A DNA stretch of 64,000 nt from Salinispira sp. (GCA_965602015.1 OZ271918.1:1280001-1344000); one strand, 5' to 3'. Counted from the stretch's first letter, positions 29,255 to 39,894 are shown. The notes: generated by a model from the sequence alone, not told the origin. Numbers and translations: made by a program.

Positions 29255-31774
29255 TTATGGGTTAAAGGTCACCAGCACGCTGGCGACGTTATTCGACTTA
29301 TCGGATTCGGCGAGTTCATCCCCGCTGTCGACAACCATAAGGATATATTTTGTCTGTCCTGCGAAGCCCGACGGGGTGCCTTGAACCAGTCCGTCAGTGT
29401 CTGATGCGCCTGAAGCCAGTGCTCCGGTAGACGTTGCAACTGCAAGCTCCTCATCAACCACCGGGTCATAAACAGTGTCATCTGACCAGTACCAGCTGAT
29501 CCTGGCTGTGGGATAGTCATAAGGACCGTTGTTCCGCACTTCCCAGTTGAGGCTGATGGTGCCGCCGGCAGTGACTGTGGGTGTAGCCGTAAATGAGACT
29601 ATTTCCAGATCGCTGGTCAACAAGGTGACCGGGCTAATAAAATCAAAACGGTTGTTGCTGGTATCAATCTCCCGGAGTATGGGCGTTCCGCTGAACCTTT
29701 CAACTACGGCATAGAACGTGAGGGGGCCCGCTGGAATGCCGACAAGATCCACATTGACTGTCACGGTTCTGCTCTGTGCCGCTGCGAAAATCTGATCGAC
29801 GCGCTCGGCTTGAAGTGAATAATTTACCGATCCGTCTGAGGCAAGGATTCTCACAGCGAGGCTCTCACCGTTATGACTTGCATTTCCCTCGTTCGCGATA
29901 GTGACGTCAAACTGGGCCGTGCTGCCCACCACCGGTGAGGTGAGAATATTTGATGTCAGGTTGGTTATGACAAAGTCGGCGCCGAGAATTTCTGTCGTCG
30001 CGGCCGCCGCAAGGGTGTTGTTTGATTCATCAGATTCCGGAAGGGTGTCCGAGCTGTCGACGATTGCGCCAATATAGTAATCTCCCAACGCAGTGGCCAG
30101 AGGCAAATCACTTTCAGATAGGGTAAAATCCACTGTTGTTACTGCGGAACTGACCAAACTGATGTTTTGATTCAATTGCCTTGAATCAAGCAGCAAATCG
30201 GACTCGGTAATAACCGCATCATCGGAGAAGTAAAGGCTGACTGTTACCGCCTCATTCACCGGTCCGCCATCGACCAAATCCTGGTTACCAAAGTAGGTGC
30301 CTACACCGTCGTTTCGAACCGTTACGGTTGAGGTAAAGCCGGAAACCGGTTGGGTTATGCTTAATTGAGCAGGAGAGGTTACGGAGGCGATAACCAAATC
30401 CGGTTCATCAATGCTAACAGCTGTGCTATTCACATTATTGGCAGTGTCAGTCTCCGCTGTTGCGAAAACCGGCTCTACAAAGGTGATCAAAAAATAATCT
30501 CCAGGTACAATATCCCTCAGTAAGAACGTCAGGGTTTCCGACTGAGTTTGCCCCACGGTCAGGGACTGAAATGATTGGACTTCACCGAGAAAGCTGTCCA
30601 CACCGGTTTCCAAGGTGGCATCTGTTGATAAGTAATAGGATAGTTTGAACCTGTTTGGCATATTCGCCTGCCCGCTGTTCTGAACCTCGGAGGTAATGGA
30701 AACCGATTGTCCGTTTACCAATGACGTAGAGACCCCAAAATCCACCGAATTGATGACCAAATCGGGTCCGACAATGCTCACGGTGTTGGCGGAAACCGCC
30801 ACGTTATTCGTCTCGTCATTTTCTGCGAAACTGGCATTCGCATCTACCCAGGCGACAAGATAGTAATCACCCAGCGGTGCGTCGCTGATGTCGATATCCA
30901 CGCTTGCATTTTGCACGGTATTCCAGAGCTGATTGTAGTTTCTTTCATAGGCCAGACGAAAGTCCGTGGTTTCATCAAAAACCTGGTCGCTGCTCAGGTA
31001 AAAAGCCATGTTTGTCTGTGAGGCTAGGGAGGCCCCGCTGTGGCTGCTTTGTACATCGACGGTGAATGCTTCGGCAATGCTGGCTTGGGTAGCAGTGAAG
31101 CTCACATCCAGCATTTCCAGGTCAAGATCCGCAGCAACTGTGACGGTCACTTGGGCAGTTTGCCCCTGATATGTGGCGCTGACCACCGTGGTGCCGGTGG
31201 ATACCGCACTTACCAGCCCCGAGTCGGACACGGTGGCCACAGTCTCCACGGAGCTGTTCCATGAGGCAAGGGCAGTCACATCCTCCTGACTTGAGTCATC
31301 CAAGGTCGCCCGGGCCGTGAGTTGGGTGGTGGAACCGTCGACCATGCTGATGTCTCCCGGTTCTATAGCCAGGGCATCGGCGCCTACTGCGGTAATTTGA
31401 ATGCTGTCAAAAAATCCTGCATAATCCGCGGTGAGCGTCACCGTACCCGGGGAAAGTATTTCAATGATCCCGGGTTCAAAGCCGTCGGAAATCCGTGCAA
31501 CGCTCTCATCGGAAACCTGCCAGATTATTCCGAATTGCTCTTCAACGCCTGTTCCGTCAGTGTAAAATACAAAGACCCTGGCCTGTATGCTGTCGCCCAC
31601 ATTTAGAACCTGGGTTCCTTCAACAATTTCGTTGTCCAGGGTGATATCGATGTAATCAATACCGGTTCCAAAGCCGAGCAGGTTACAGGCTGTACTCATA
31701 ATTAGGGCGAGTAAAGCAAAAACTGAAATGAACATTGTGCGAATGAGCTTCTTGTTCCTAGCATTAGTTGACAT
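29255..31774 (-). CDS. Surface lipoprotein with two Ig-like (Big_2) and several CARDB domains
   Basis: MSTAC lipobox; WNSSVETVATVSDSGLVSAV; repeated PDLVI...E.DE.NN motifs. Confidence 0.88.
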   Translation of the reverse strand: MSTNARNKKLIRTMFISVFALLALIMSTACNLLGFGTGIDYIDITLDNEIVEGTQVLNVGDSIQARVFVFYTDGTGVEEQFGIIWQVSDESVARISDGFEPGIIEILSPGTVTLTADYAGFFDSIQITAVGADALAIEPGDISMVDGSTTQLTARATLDDSSQEDVTALASWNSSVETVATVSDSGLVSAVSTGTTVVSATYQGQTAQVTVTVAADLDLEMLDVSFTATQASIAEAFTVDVQSSHSGASLASQTNMAFYLSSDQVFDETTDFRLAYERNYNQLWNTVQNASVDIDISDAPLGDYYLVAWVDANASFAENDETNNVAVSANTVSIVGPDLVINSVDFGVSTSLVNGQSVSITSEVQNSGQANMPNRFKLSYYLSTDATLETGVDSFLGEVQSFQSLTVGQTQSETLTFLLRDIVPGDYFLITFVEPVFATAETDTANNVNSTAVSIDEPDLVIASVTSPAQLSITQPVSGFTSTVTVRNDGVGTYFGNQDLVDGGPVNEAVTVSLYFSDDAVITESDLLLDSRQLNQNISLVSSAVTTVDFTLSESDLPLATALGDYYIGAIVDSSDTLPESDESNNTLAAAATTEILGADFVITNLTSNILTSPVVGSTAQFDVTIANEGNASHNGESLAVRILASDGSVNYSLQAERVDQIFAAAQSRTVTVNVDLVGIPAGPLTFYAVVERFSGTPILREIDTSNNRFDFISPVTLLTSDLEIVSFTATPTVTAGGTISLNWEVRNNGPYDYPTARISWYWSDDTVYDPVVDEELAVATSTGALASGASDTDGLVQGTPSGFAGQTKYILMVVDSGDELAESDKSNNVASVLVTFNP

Positions 31775-31956
31775 GGTTTCCTCCACCGATCAGGTTAGTA
31801 AAATGTCGAAAGAAGGCTAAAGATGAGTAACTTAGTCAATTATAGACCGAAGAATACCATGTTGCAATCTTTTCTCCAATATTAGAGAAAATTCTGTATT
31901 TCTGAGGAAGTATGTAGGCTATTGCCTCCCATCGGCCAATTGTCTACTTTGAAACC

Positions 31957-32370
31957 ATGAGCAGATTCAAGATTGATGAAGCAAACCTGTACGAAGCCCT
32001 GGGGCCCGAAAAAATCGTCGAACTTTCACGGTGCTTTTATGGAAAGGTCTATGCGGATGCTAACGAGGATTTTCTGGCCATGTTCCCTCCGGATATGGAA
32101 ATGGCGATCCAGAACCAGTATGAGTTTTTTATTCAGCGGCTAGGAGGGCCTCCGCTCTACAGTGAAAGAAAGGGGCATCCGGCCCTGCGTGACCGGCACG
32201 CCCGCTTTCCCATCACCGAGGAGTTTGCCGAGCACTGGATGGACCTGATGAGGGAGGCCATGGCTGAAGTGAACATTCCCGGCGAATACCGAAAGCATTT
32301 AGACGACTTTTTTACCGATGTAGCCTACTTTTTGGTTAATGTTGACAGCGAAGGCCGGCATGGCTACTAA
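31957..32370 (+). CDS. Group II truncated hemoglobin
   Basis: FIQRLGGPPLYSERKGHPALRDRHARFPI..W..LMREAM. Confidence 0.92.
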   Translation: MSRFKIDEANLYEALGPEKIVELSRCFYGKVYADANEDFLAMFPPDMEMAIQNQYEFFIQRLGGPPLYSERKGHPALRDRHARFPITEEFAEHWMDLMREAMAEVNIPGEYRKHLDDFFTDVAYFLVNVDSEGRHGY

Positions 32371-32382
32371 AGGAACCTTGCC

Positions 32383-33813
32383 TTAGGTCCCGCAAAAGGT
32401 CTGAATAACTCTCTCAGAATCCTGAGGTGGTTTCTGATATTCAAGCAGCTGAGGATTGTCCGCATAGGGTTCCCGCAGGGCGTTAAGGAGGGAGTGCAGT
32501 CTGCCATAATCATCATTATGGACGGCATCATGCAAGGCCTTTTCTACCAGGTGGTTCCGGGGGATAACCGCCGGGTTATGCGCTTTCATTACTGTAGTAC
32601 TATCCCCGCTCTCTTGCCCCGTGAGTCGGTCGGACCAACTGTCATGCCATCGGGTAAATTCCTCATTATTATATACCTCACGCCTGGGTAGCTCATCCTG
32701 CGATAGATCGCGGAAGGTATTGGTGTAATCAAGCTTGTTGTCCTCCATCCATTTCAAAAGGGATGAGATAATCTCAGCGTCGCCCTCACGGGGCTCGGTA
32801 ATTCCGATTTTACCGGCCATGGCCTTGAGGTACTCATTTTCCAGCCGCTGACCCATGTCCTTTAAAAAATCCTGCGCAATCTCCAATGCCTTTTTTTCGT
32901 CATGGTGGAGCAGGGTAAGCAGGGTCTCAGCAAGGCGCGCCATGTTCCAGTGGATAATGGGCAGCTGATTGCCATATGCGTATCTGCCGGCGGTATCAAT
33001 TGAGCTGAAGACCGTGTTCCCATGGTACTCATCCATAAATGCGCAGGGTCCGTAGTCTATGGTCTCGCCGGATATGCTCGTATTGTCGGTGTTCATTACA
33101 CCGTGTATAAATCCGACCCTCATCCACTGGCTGACCAGCGCGGCCTGCCGTTTCCCCACAGCCTGCAAGAACTGCAGCGCCATATCAGAAGCGCCTTCCA
33201 GTTCGGGATAATGTCTGTTCACGCTGTACTCAAGCAGAGCCTTAATGAGACCGGGTTTGTCCATTGCGGCGGCGTATTGAAATGTCCCGACCCTGATGTG
33301 AGATGAGGCAACCCGTGTCAGGATGGCTCCCGGCTCAACCCGCTCCCGGTACACCGGCTCGCCGGTTTTTACCACCGCGAGACTTCGTGTGGTCGGTATT
33401 GCCAGGTTCCCCATGGCCTCGCTGATAATGTATTCCCGCAGCATTGGTCCGAGGGATGCCCGGCCGTCCCCCCTGCGGGAGTAGGGGGTGCGGCCCGAGC
33501 CCTTGAACTGAATATCGACAAGGCTGTTGTTACTCCGGTGTTCGCCCAGCAGCACGGCCCGGCCGTCTCCCAGATTGGTGAAATGCCCGAACTGGTGGCC
33601 GGCGTACGCCTGGGAAATGGGGATGGTTCCCTCGGGGATACTATTGCCCGAAAGCACGCGGACAATCTCTTTGTCGTCCGGAATATCCAGGTTTAGCTCT
33701 TCGGCGAGTTTGCGGTTGAACAGGCAGATCTCCGGATTTGAAACCGGTTCGGGGTTTTGATCGCTGTAGAAATCTCCAGGCAGTGACCGGTAGCTGTTTG
33801 AGAAAGTAAACAT
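32383..33813 (-). CDS. selO: Protein adenylyltransferase SelO (YdiU)
   Basis: AYAGHQFG..LGDGRA, KGSGRTPYSRRGDGR, GFIHGVMNTDN..TIDYGP, C-terminal TFCGT. Confidence 0.96.
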   Translation of the reverse strand: MFTFSNSYRSLPGDFYSDQNPEPVSNPEICLFNRKLAEELNLDIPDDKEIVRVLSGNSIPEGTIPISQAYAGHQFGHFTNLGDGRAVLLGEHRSNNSLVDIQFKGSGRTPYSRRGDGRASLGPMLREYIISEAMGNLAIPTTRSLAVVKTGEPVYRERVEPGAILTRVASSHIRVGTFQYAAAMDKPGLIKALLEYSVNRHYPELEGASDMALQFLQAVGKRQAALVSQWMRVGFIHGVMNTDNTSISGETIDYGPCAFMDEYHGNTVFSSIDTAGRYAYGNQLPIIHWNMARLAETLLTLLHHDEKKALEIAQDFLKDMGQRLENEYLKAMAGKIGITEPREGDAEIISSLLKWMEDNKLDYTNTFRDLSQDELPRREVYNNEEFTRWHDSWSDRLTGQESGDSTTVMKAHNPAVIPRNHLVEKALHDAVHNDDYGRLHSLLNALREPYADNPQLLEYQKPPQDSERVIQTFCGT

Positions 33814-33965
33814 ACCAATAGTTACTATCTAGAGAGGCAACGGTCAACCGACTTTTATGATTCATAAAATCACATAAAGTGATGCCATGTTCCTTTTTGT
33901 GTTTTTGATACGAGGCACAGTGATTTATCTTGTTCACGAGGAAAACTGACGGTATGTTTATCGCA

Positions 33966-35441
33966 ATGAATATCACAAAACGAAATGTGCAGGCGAGGGA
34001 AACCCTAAAGCGCTATCTTGAGATGACTCGGGAGCTGACCCGGGAGTCGACTGAGCGTGAATTGCAGATTATTGAGGGCGAGATTCCTTCCGACCTTGAG
34101 GGCACGCTGTTTCGAGCCGGTCCGGGCAGGATGCACAATCACGGGCATCTGTACGACCACCTGTTCGACGGGGACGGCGTAATTCAAAAAATTGCCTTTT
34201 CCCGGGGCGCTGCGACCTACACTTCGCGTTTTGTACGAACGAAGTATTTCACCGCCGAAGAGAATGCCGGAAGATCGCTGTACCGTTCGTTTGGCAGTAA
34301 TCTTCCGGGCGGAGCCCTCGCGAACTTTGCACGGATGAAGTTTAAAAATGCTGCCAACACCAATGTGCTGCTTCACCCCGACGGTCTTCTGGCCCTGTGG
34401 GAAGGCGGTTCACCCCACCTCCTGGATCCGCTTACCCTGGAGACCCGAGGGGAGTGGAGGGCGGACGGCATACTGTCCGAGAAAAATCCGGTGGAAAAAA
34501 TGATGTCCAACGGCCGGGCATTTTCTGCGCACTATAAAATAGATCCGGCAACTGGTGTGATGCACAATTTTGGCATGAGCCCCGGGCTCGACCAGCGCAT
34601 GCTGATGTACCGCATGGAGCACGACGGCCCTCTTGAGATACGTGAAGTAAAACTTCCCCGGTTGACCTTCATTCACGACTTTTCCATAACCGATAAGGGT
34701 GAGCGGATATTCTTCGACGTGCCGGTGCATTTCGCCCTGCTGCGGACATTTCTGGGACAGGTTCCCCCGGCCGCTTCAATTCGGGAAAATCCCAAGGGAA
34801 ATACGTATATCAGAATTTTTGACCGGGAAAATCATCAGCGGATAGTTGAAACCGACCCCTGTTACATATTTCATTTTGGCAATGCCTGGCACGGCGATGA
34901 TGACTGCATACGTGTACAGGTCTGCCGGATGGACCGCTTCCCTTCCTCTGCGCAGATGTCTGCTCTCCTTAAGGGAGAGGTTCCCCAACAGGGTTTTCAT
35001 GCCTATTTATATGAGTGCGCCATCGACCTCAAGCGAAATACTGTGAGCTGGGAGAAGATATCCGACCATCCGATGGAACTGCCGAGTTTTAATCTGCGAT
35101 TCACCGGTATTCCAAATAGCTATCTGTGGTCCTCCGCCGCCAGGCCCGACCGGTCCAATGACGCATTGCTGCACGGAATCGCCAAGTACGACATTGCTGA
35201 GCGAGAAACGATTTTTGCAGACCGGTATCCCCGGTACACCGGCGAGCCCTTGTTTATCCCCCGTCCCGGCGCTGACCGTGAGGACGACGGCTATCTGGCC
35301 TGCCTGTTTGTGGACATGGAGGATGATTACGCCGGCCTCGAGATTCTTCAAGCCGCGGACCTGAGGTCCCTGGCGCTGCTCAAGCTTCCTCTTCCTATTA
35401 ATGTGGGCTTTCACGGATTGTGGACTGACAGGCGGTTTTAA
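33966..35441 (+). CDS. Carotenoid/lignostilbene cleavage oxygenase (RPE65 family); start uncertain (33930-33966)
   Basis: EGEIPSDLEGTLFRAGPG, HLFDGDG, FSAH, FIHDF, IFHFGNA, GEPLFIPR..EDDGY, GFHGLW (four Fe-binding His). Confidence 0.93.
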   Translation: MNITKRNVQARETLKRYLEMTRELTRESTERELQIIEGEIPSDLEGTLFRAGPGRMHNHGHLYDHLFDGDGVIQKIAFSRGAATYTSRFVRTKYFTAEENAGRSLYRSFGSNLPGGALANFARMKFKNAANTNVLLHPDGLLALWEGGSPHLLDPLTLETRGEWRADGILSEKNPVEKMMSNGRAFSAHYKIDPATGVMHNFGMSPGLDQRMLMYRMEHDGPLEIREVKLPRLTFIHDFSITDKGERIFFDVPVHFALLRTFLGQVPPAASIRENPKGNTYIRIFDRENHQRIVETDPCYIFHFGNAWHGDDDCIRVQVCRMDRFPSSAQMSALLKGEVPQQGFHAYLYECAIDLKRNTVSWEKISDHPMELPSFNLRFTGIPNSYLWSSAARPDRSNDALLHGIAKYDIAERETIFADRYPRYTGEPLFIPRPGADREDDGYLACLFVDMEDDYAGLEILQAADLRSLALLKLPLPINVGFHGLWTDRRF

Positions 35442-35535
35442 ACCACACGAGTCACCGATAGCCCTCGAAATTTCTTATTTTATTGGTTGCCCTCTTCGTT
35501 TTGACAATCAGGTCCTTACTGACTACAATCCTGTC

Positions 35536-37647
35536 ATGAAAAACGCCCCCGCCGCTACATATGCCAACGCACCAGTGCTTCTGCTTTTTTCCGTGCTAAT
35601 AGTTTTTACTGGATGCTTCCTTCCCACGGAACCCAGCGCCCCCGACGACGATCCGTACGCCCCGGAGAATACCATTTCAACGGACTACTTCGGAGAAATC
35701 CGGCAACCGGAAGATGCCGGGCATTCTATGTCCGCCTCGCCCGGATGGTACGCAGACGCCCGCTTCTATCATATATGGGTCAACGCCTTCGCGGATTCGG
35801 ACGGTGACGGCATCGGCGATATCCCCGGCATTACCGAACGGCTCGATTACCTGAATAGTTTGGGGGTGAACGCCCTCTGGCTTTCCCCCATTTTCGAAAC
35901 CAGGGGCCAGAATGATCCTCAGGGAAATATGCACGGATACGACACCACCGATCACTATGAAATAAATCCCTACTTCGGCGATAAAACTGACGTGGCGGCC
36001 CTCCTGGACGGCGCCCACCAGCGGGGCATGCGGGTAATTTTCGACTATGTTCCCAACCACATTTCTAACGAGCACCCCTGGTTTCTGGAGGCCTACAGCG
36101 GCAATCCTGATTATCGGGATTGGTTTACCTGGTCCAATGAGGATCTGGACGCGTACTATGACGGGCCATGGAGCAATCCCGGGTATGAGCACCAGGTTTG
36201 GCATGACCCCCTTGGACGGGGAAGCTATTACTACGGTATTTTTTGGGACGGAATGCCCGATCTGAATTTTACCAATCCGGATGTCCGCCGGAAAATGGCC
36301 GACGCGCTTATTTATTGGCTGAATTTCGGATTTGACGGAATACGCATTGACGCCGTCAAGTATCTCTATGAGGAGGATACCGACGGCAATCCCCGCACCG
36401 CGCCAATTATGTCAGATGCCGACGCCACCATCGAGTACTTCGCCGAGCTTCGGGAAGAGATCCTTGGCGAATACGAAGGTCTCGGTCTTTCCAAGTTTAT
36501 GGTGCTGGAAAACTGGACCGGCACCGCATATCTTGGTGACTATGCCAGGTATCAGGGAAGGGATGCGGCTCACATGAGCTTTGATTTTGAGATCGGCGAC
36601 GAGATTATAAACATGGTTCTACCTTTTGCAGGGAATGCCGAAGATTTACGGAACTATCTGGACAGGCGCCAGGGCTACGGCGTTCCCGCTGGCTTTGAGT
36701 ATGCGAATTTTCTGTCCAATCACGACAATGTGAGAAGCCGGCCGGTAACCGAAACCGGTAACATTGAAGAATACGCCGCTCTGGCCGCCGGGTATAATAT
36801 CTTGCTGCCCGGTGTTCCCTTTGTGTATTACGGGAATGAAGTCGGAATGACCGGGACTGCCGGGGCTGATATCAATCTTCGTCAGGATTTCCCCTGGTCG
36901 GAGGTAGTTAATCAAACCGGTGACGATGCAAGTATTCTCGAATGGTACCGGGCAATGCTCACCGTCCGCACCCGCTATGCATCAGTGGGCCGGGGAGTCT
37001 TTGCCGCCCTGGAGGACGATACCCTAAACCCCGATGTCTTCGCCGGGTTGTGGCGCGCCGCCGGTGAACTGCCGGTGCTATTTGTCGGGAATCACTCTGA
37101 GTTGGAGCAGTCCCTCAGCTATGACTTGACACCCCTGCTCGGTGCCGGGTATTCCTCACTCAGTACGGTTGTCGGTGCGCCTTCAGCATCTATTTCCGCA
37201 TCGGTATTGAGCACGGGCAATCTCCCTCCCCATAGCTTTAGAGTGTACGTCCTGGGCAGCGACGCTGAGGCACACATAATCGCAGACCGTCCGGTCCCGG
37301 CACCGGCGCCTGCCCCCGAGATTTTTATCCTTGGAACCTTCGACGGAGCCAGTTGGGAGTATCTTCTTCCGGCCTGGCAAATGACCCTCGATTCAGATGC
37401 GGAGTATCAGTACAGTTACTCCCTTTCTCTCAATGCCGGCGATGTTAACAGCTTTAAGTTTTACGGAGAATCATCAGGCTGGCTTGGGGGCATGGAGCTC
37501 GAGGAAAAGCCGGGAGGAGATGCCGGCAATATCCTCTCGGTAAATTGGGCTGACTTCTCAAACATTGTTATAGACGCTCCGGTAACCGGCATGTACACAC
37601 TGTACTTCGACTGGGATGATAGGCTCTATTGGGTAGACGGCCCCTGA
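35536..37647 (+). CDS. GH13 alpha-amylase family lipoprotein with C-terminal carbohydrate-binding-like domain
   Basis: FADSDGDGIGD, HGYD, DYVPNH, DGIRIDAVK, FLSNHD, YYGNEVGM; FTGC lipobox. Confidence 0.92.
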   Translation: MKNAPAATYANAPVLLLFSVLIVFTGCFLPTEPSAPDDDPYAPENTISTDYFGEIRQPEDAGHSMSASPGWYADARFYHIWVNAFADSDGDGIGDIPGITERLDYLNSLGVNALWLSPIFETRGQNDPQGNMHGYDTTDHYEINPYFGDKTDVAALLDGAHQRGMRVIFDYVPNHISNEHPWFLEAYSGNPDYRDWFTWSNEDLDAYYDGPWSNPGYEHQVWHDPLGRGSYYYGIFWDGMPDLNFTNPDVRRKMADALIYWLNFGFDGIRIDAVKYLYEEDTDGNPRTAPIMSDADATIEYFAELREEILGEYEGLGLSKFMVLENWTGTAYLGDYARYQGRDAAHMSFDFEIGDEIINMVLPFAGNAEDLRNYLDRRQGYGVPAGFEYANFLSNHDNVRSRPVTETGNIEEYAALAAGYNILLPGVPFVYYGNEVGMTGTAGADINLRQDFPWSEVVNQTGDDASILEWYRAMLTVRTRYASVGRGVFAALEDDTLNPDVFAGLWRAAGELPVLFVGNHSELEQSLSYDLTPLLGAGYSSLSTVVGAPSASISASVLSTGNLPPHSFRVYVLGSDAEAHIIADRPVPAPAPAPEIFILGTFDGASWEYLLPAWQMTLDSDAEYQYSYSLSLNAGDVNSFKFYGESSGWLGGMELEEKPGGDAGNILSVNWADFSNIVIDAPVTGMYTLYFDWDDRLYWVDGP

Positions 37648-37766
37648 TGTTGTGCCATTAACCACAATGCGACGCCCGCATTGAATACGTTGCCGCTGCG
37701 CATGTACAAAAAAGTATACTGCGCGCGACAGCGCACCGGCGTGTAAAAAGCCGGAAAGGATGTGTA

Positions 37767-38144
37767 ATGAAAAAAGCAATCGTAATTACCGTGGCCGCTT
37801 TGCTGGTTGCTCTGATGACCGGCTGCAGCGATGCCGACGTCGCATCGGCAAACCTCTCGAGGGCCGCCGATCAGTTTGAAGTTTTTAGAAGGGCGGTATT
37901 TTATAACGGCATTACCGGCGAGTATATTCTCAGCATCGAAGGCTACCTTTCCATTCTCGATGAAGGAAACCAGCTCGAAGTGACGGTTAAAAATGACGAA
38001 GGCATTTTTATGAAGCACTTCCTCGGCCTCTCGGACAACGTGACCTACTTCGTCGAGCAAATCGAGGGCCTTCCGGCAAGCGCTCAGCGCTACCGGGTGA
38101 TTTTCAAGCCTTCAGTCATCGCCCCTAATATTGACCTAGAGTAG
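37767..38144 (+). CDS. Small lipoprotein resembling a phage-associated family
   Basis: LMTGC lipobox; DVASANLSRAADQFEVFRRAVFYNGITGEYILSIEG..KHFLGLSDNVTYFVEQ. Confidence 0.75.
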   Translation: MKKAIVITVAALLVALMTGCSDADVASANLSRAADQFEVFRRAVFYNGITGEYILSIEGYLSILDEGNQLEVTVKNDEGIFMKHFLGLSDNVTYFVEQIEGLPASAQRYRVIFKPSVIAPNIDLE

Positions 38145-38319
38145 CCTCCCTCGCCGGCCGCCGACCCGCTGGCGGGTCACCGAATCCCGCCGGCGCTCGC
38201 CGCCGGCTGCCAACGGCCCGCGGACCGGCCAACCACTGACCGACGCTGGCTCACGTGCGGCGGCTGGTCGCCGAATGCCGCCGGCGATCGCGTCACGGCC
38301 GGCTGCCAACTGGCTGCCT

Positions 38320-38348
38320 TTGACAAAATCCCAAACATACGCGAGAAT
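38320..38348 (+). promoter_or_regulatory. Putative sigma70 promoter of the PAS kinase
   Basis: TTGACA-17 bp-GAGAAT upstream of AGAGGG and an in-frame GTG at 38383. Confidence 0.5.
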
Positions 38349-38382
38349 CCTGAGCGTATCGTCATCAGCTACAGAGGGTTTT

Positions 38383-39894
38383 GTGTCGGACATCAACGAA
38401 AGTGGTTACAGCCGCCGCATCTTCTCAATGCTCGCCAAGAGTTCCGCCGGCGGGTTTTCCCTATTCGAAGGCGGAAGGACGGTATATAGCTCTCCCGGTC
38501 AGCTCCGCCTTCTCGGGTATCCGGAGGATCTCGATTCAAAGTTCACCTTGGAGCAAAACATCGAGCATATTCACCCCGAAGACCGCGATCGAGTTCGTCA
38601 ATGCGTCCTCGACGCATTCACACAAAAACTTCCCACTGTCACCTACACCTGCCGGGTGAAACGGAAAGACGGGTCGTATATCTGGATTGAAGATATTCTG
38701 GATAACGAGTTCGACGATGCCGGCAGACATGTACGGAGCATTATTCGCTCCCGCGATGTGAGCGCTCGTGTTAACAATGAGGCTGCATTGATTGAACGGG
38801 AGGCCCACTACAACAATCTCCTTGCACACATCGCCGCCGGGGTGGTTATTCACACAGCCAACACGACCATTATATCCGCTAATGATCGGGCTGCAGAGCT
38901 CCTTGGCCTTGCCGGTAATACCTTAACAGGCCGCACCGCCGAAGACGAGGTGTGGGCGTTCCTGCGTGAAGATGGCAGCCCCATGCCCCAGGCTGAATAC
39001 CCGGTGGTGAGAATTCTTGAAAGCGGAGAGGCCCTGTCGGAATTCGTAATCGGCATCACAACGCAGAACGCTGTCACCTGGTGCCTTGTCAACGGCTTTC
39101 CCGAGCACAATCCCGACGGCAGCATAAAGCAGGTGGTCATTACATTCATCAATATCAGCCCTCAAAAAGCCGTCGAATCACAGCTGCGCCGAAACAACGA
39201 AACCAAGGACCGGTTTTTCAGGATTATCGCCCATGATTTGCGCAACAGCGTTATGACCCTGGGCACCGGGATGCGAATGCTCTCCGGCGATTCGAACCCC
39301 TCCGAACAGCAGACGATTATTAAAGAGCTCCAGATCAATACCGAGGAACTGGCGAAACTTTTGGAGAATCTTCTCGAATGGTCCCGTCTCCAGCAGGGAA
39401 GCCTGAGGTTTTCTCCCACTGAAATACAGCTTGCCTCACTTATACACGATCAGCTTCAGCTTTTTTCTCCTGCGCTGTCCCAAAAAGAGCTTGTGCTCAC
39501 AACGCGATTCGACGATGTGCCGGGTTTTTCCGGGGATGCCAAAATGATCCAGACAATTTTAAGGAACCTGCTATCCAATGCAATAAAGTTTTCACCGATA
39601 GGCGCGGTCATCGACGTGGTAATTTCCCGGGAAGGCGACATGCTTGTTCTGCGCATTAAGGACTCGGGCCTCGGTATGAGCCCGCAGACCCTTGATTCGC
39701 TCTTCCTTCTCGATAGCCAAAATAATCGGGAAGGAACTGCCGGTGAACCGGGAAGCGGATTGGGGCTGATTCTCTGCAAGGAGTTTGTGGAGATGCACGG
39801 CGGTGAGCTTGTGGTAGAAAGCGCCGAGGGAGTAGGATCGGTTTTTTCTGTTCTCTTTCCCCTAAAATCCCAATCGGCCGTCGAAAAAACATAG
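38383..39894 (+). CDS. PAS-PAS sensor histidine kinase
   Basis: IHPEDR PAS, IAHDLRN H-box, NLLSNAIKF, DSGLGM, GSGLGL. Confidence 0.92.
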   Translation: MSDINESGYSRRIFSMLAKSSAGGFSLFEGGRTVYSSPGQLRLLGYPEDLDSKFTLEQNIEHIHPEDRDRVRQCVLDAFTQKLPTVTYTCRVKRKDGSYIWIEDILDNEFDDAGRHVRSIIRSRDVSARVNNEAALIEREAHYNNLLAHIAAGVVIHTANTTIISANDRAAELLGLAGNTLTGRTAEDEVWAFLREDGSPMPQAEYPVVRILESGEALSEFVIGITTQNAVTWCLVNGFPEHNPDGSIKQVVITFINISPQKAVESQLRRNNETKDRFFRIIAHDLRNSVMTLGTGMRMLSGDSNPSEQQTIIKELQINTEELAKLLENLLEWSRLQQGSLRFSPTEIQLASLIHDQLQLFSPALSQKELVLTTRFDDVPGFSGDAKMIQTILRNLLSNAIKFSPIGAVIDVVISREGDMLVLRIKDSGLGMSPQTLDSLFLLDSQNNREGTAGEPGSGLGLILCKEFVEMHGGELVVESAEGVGSVFSVLFPLKSQSAVEKT

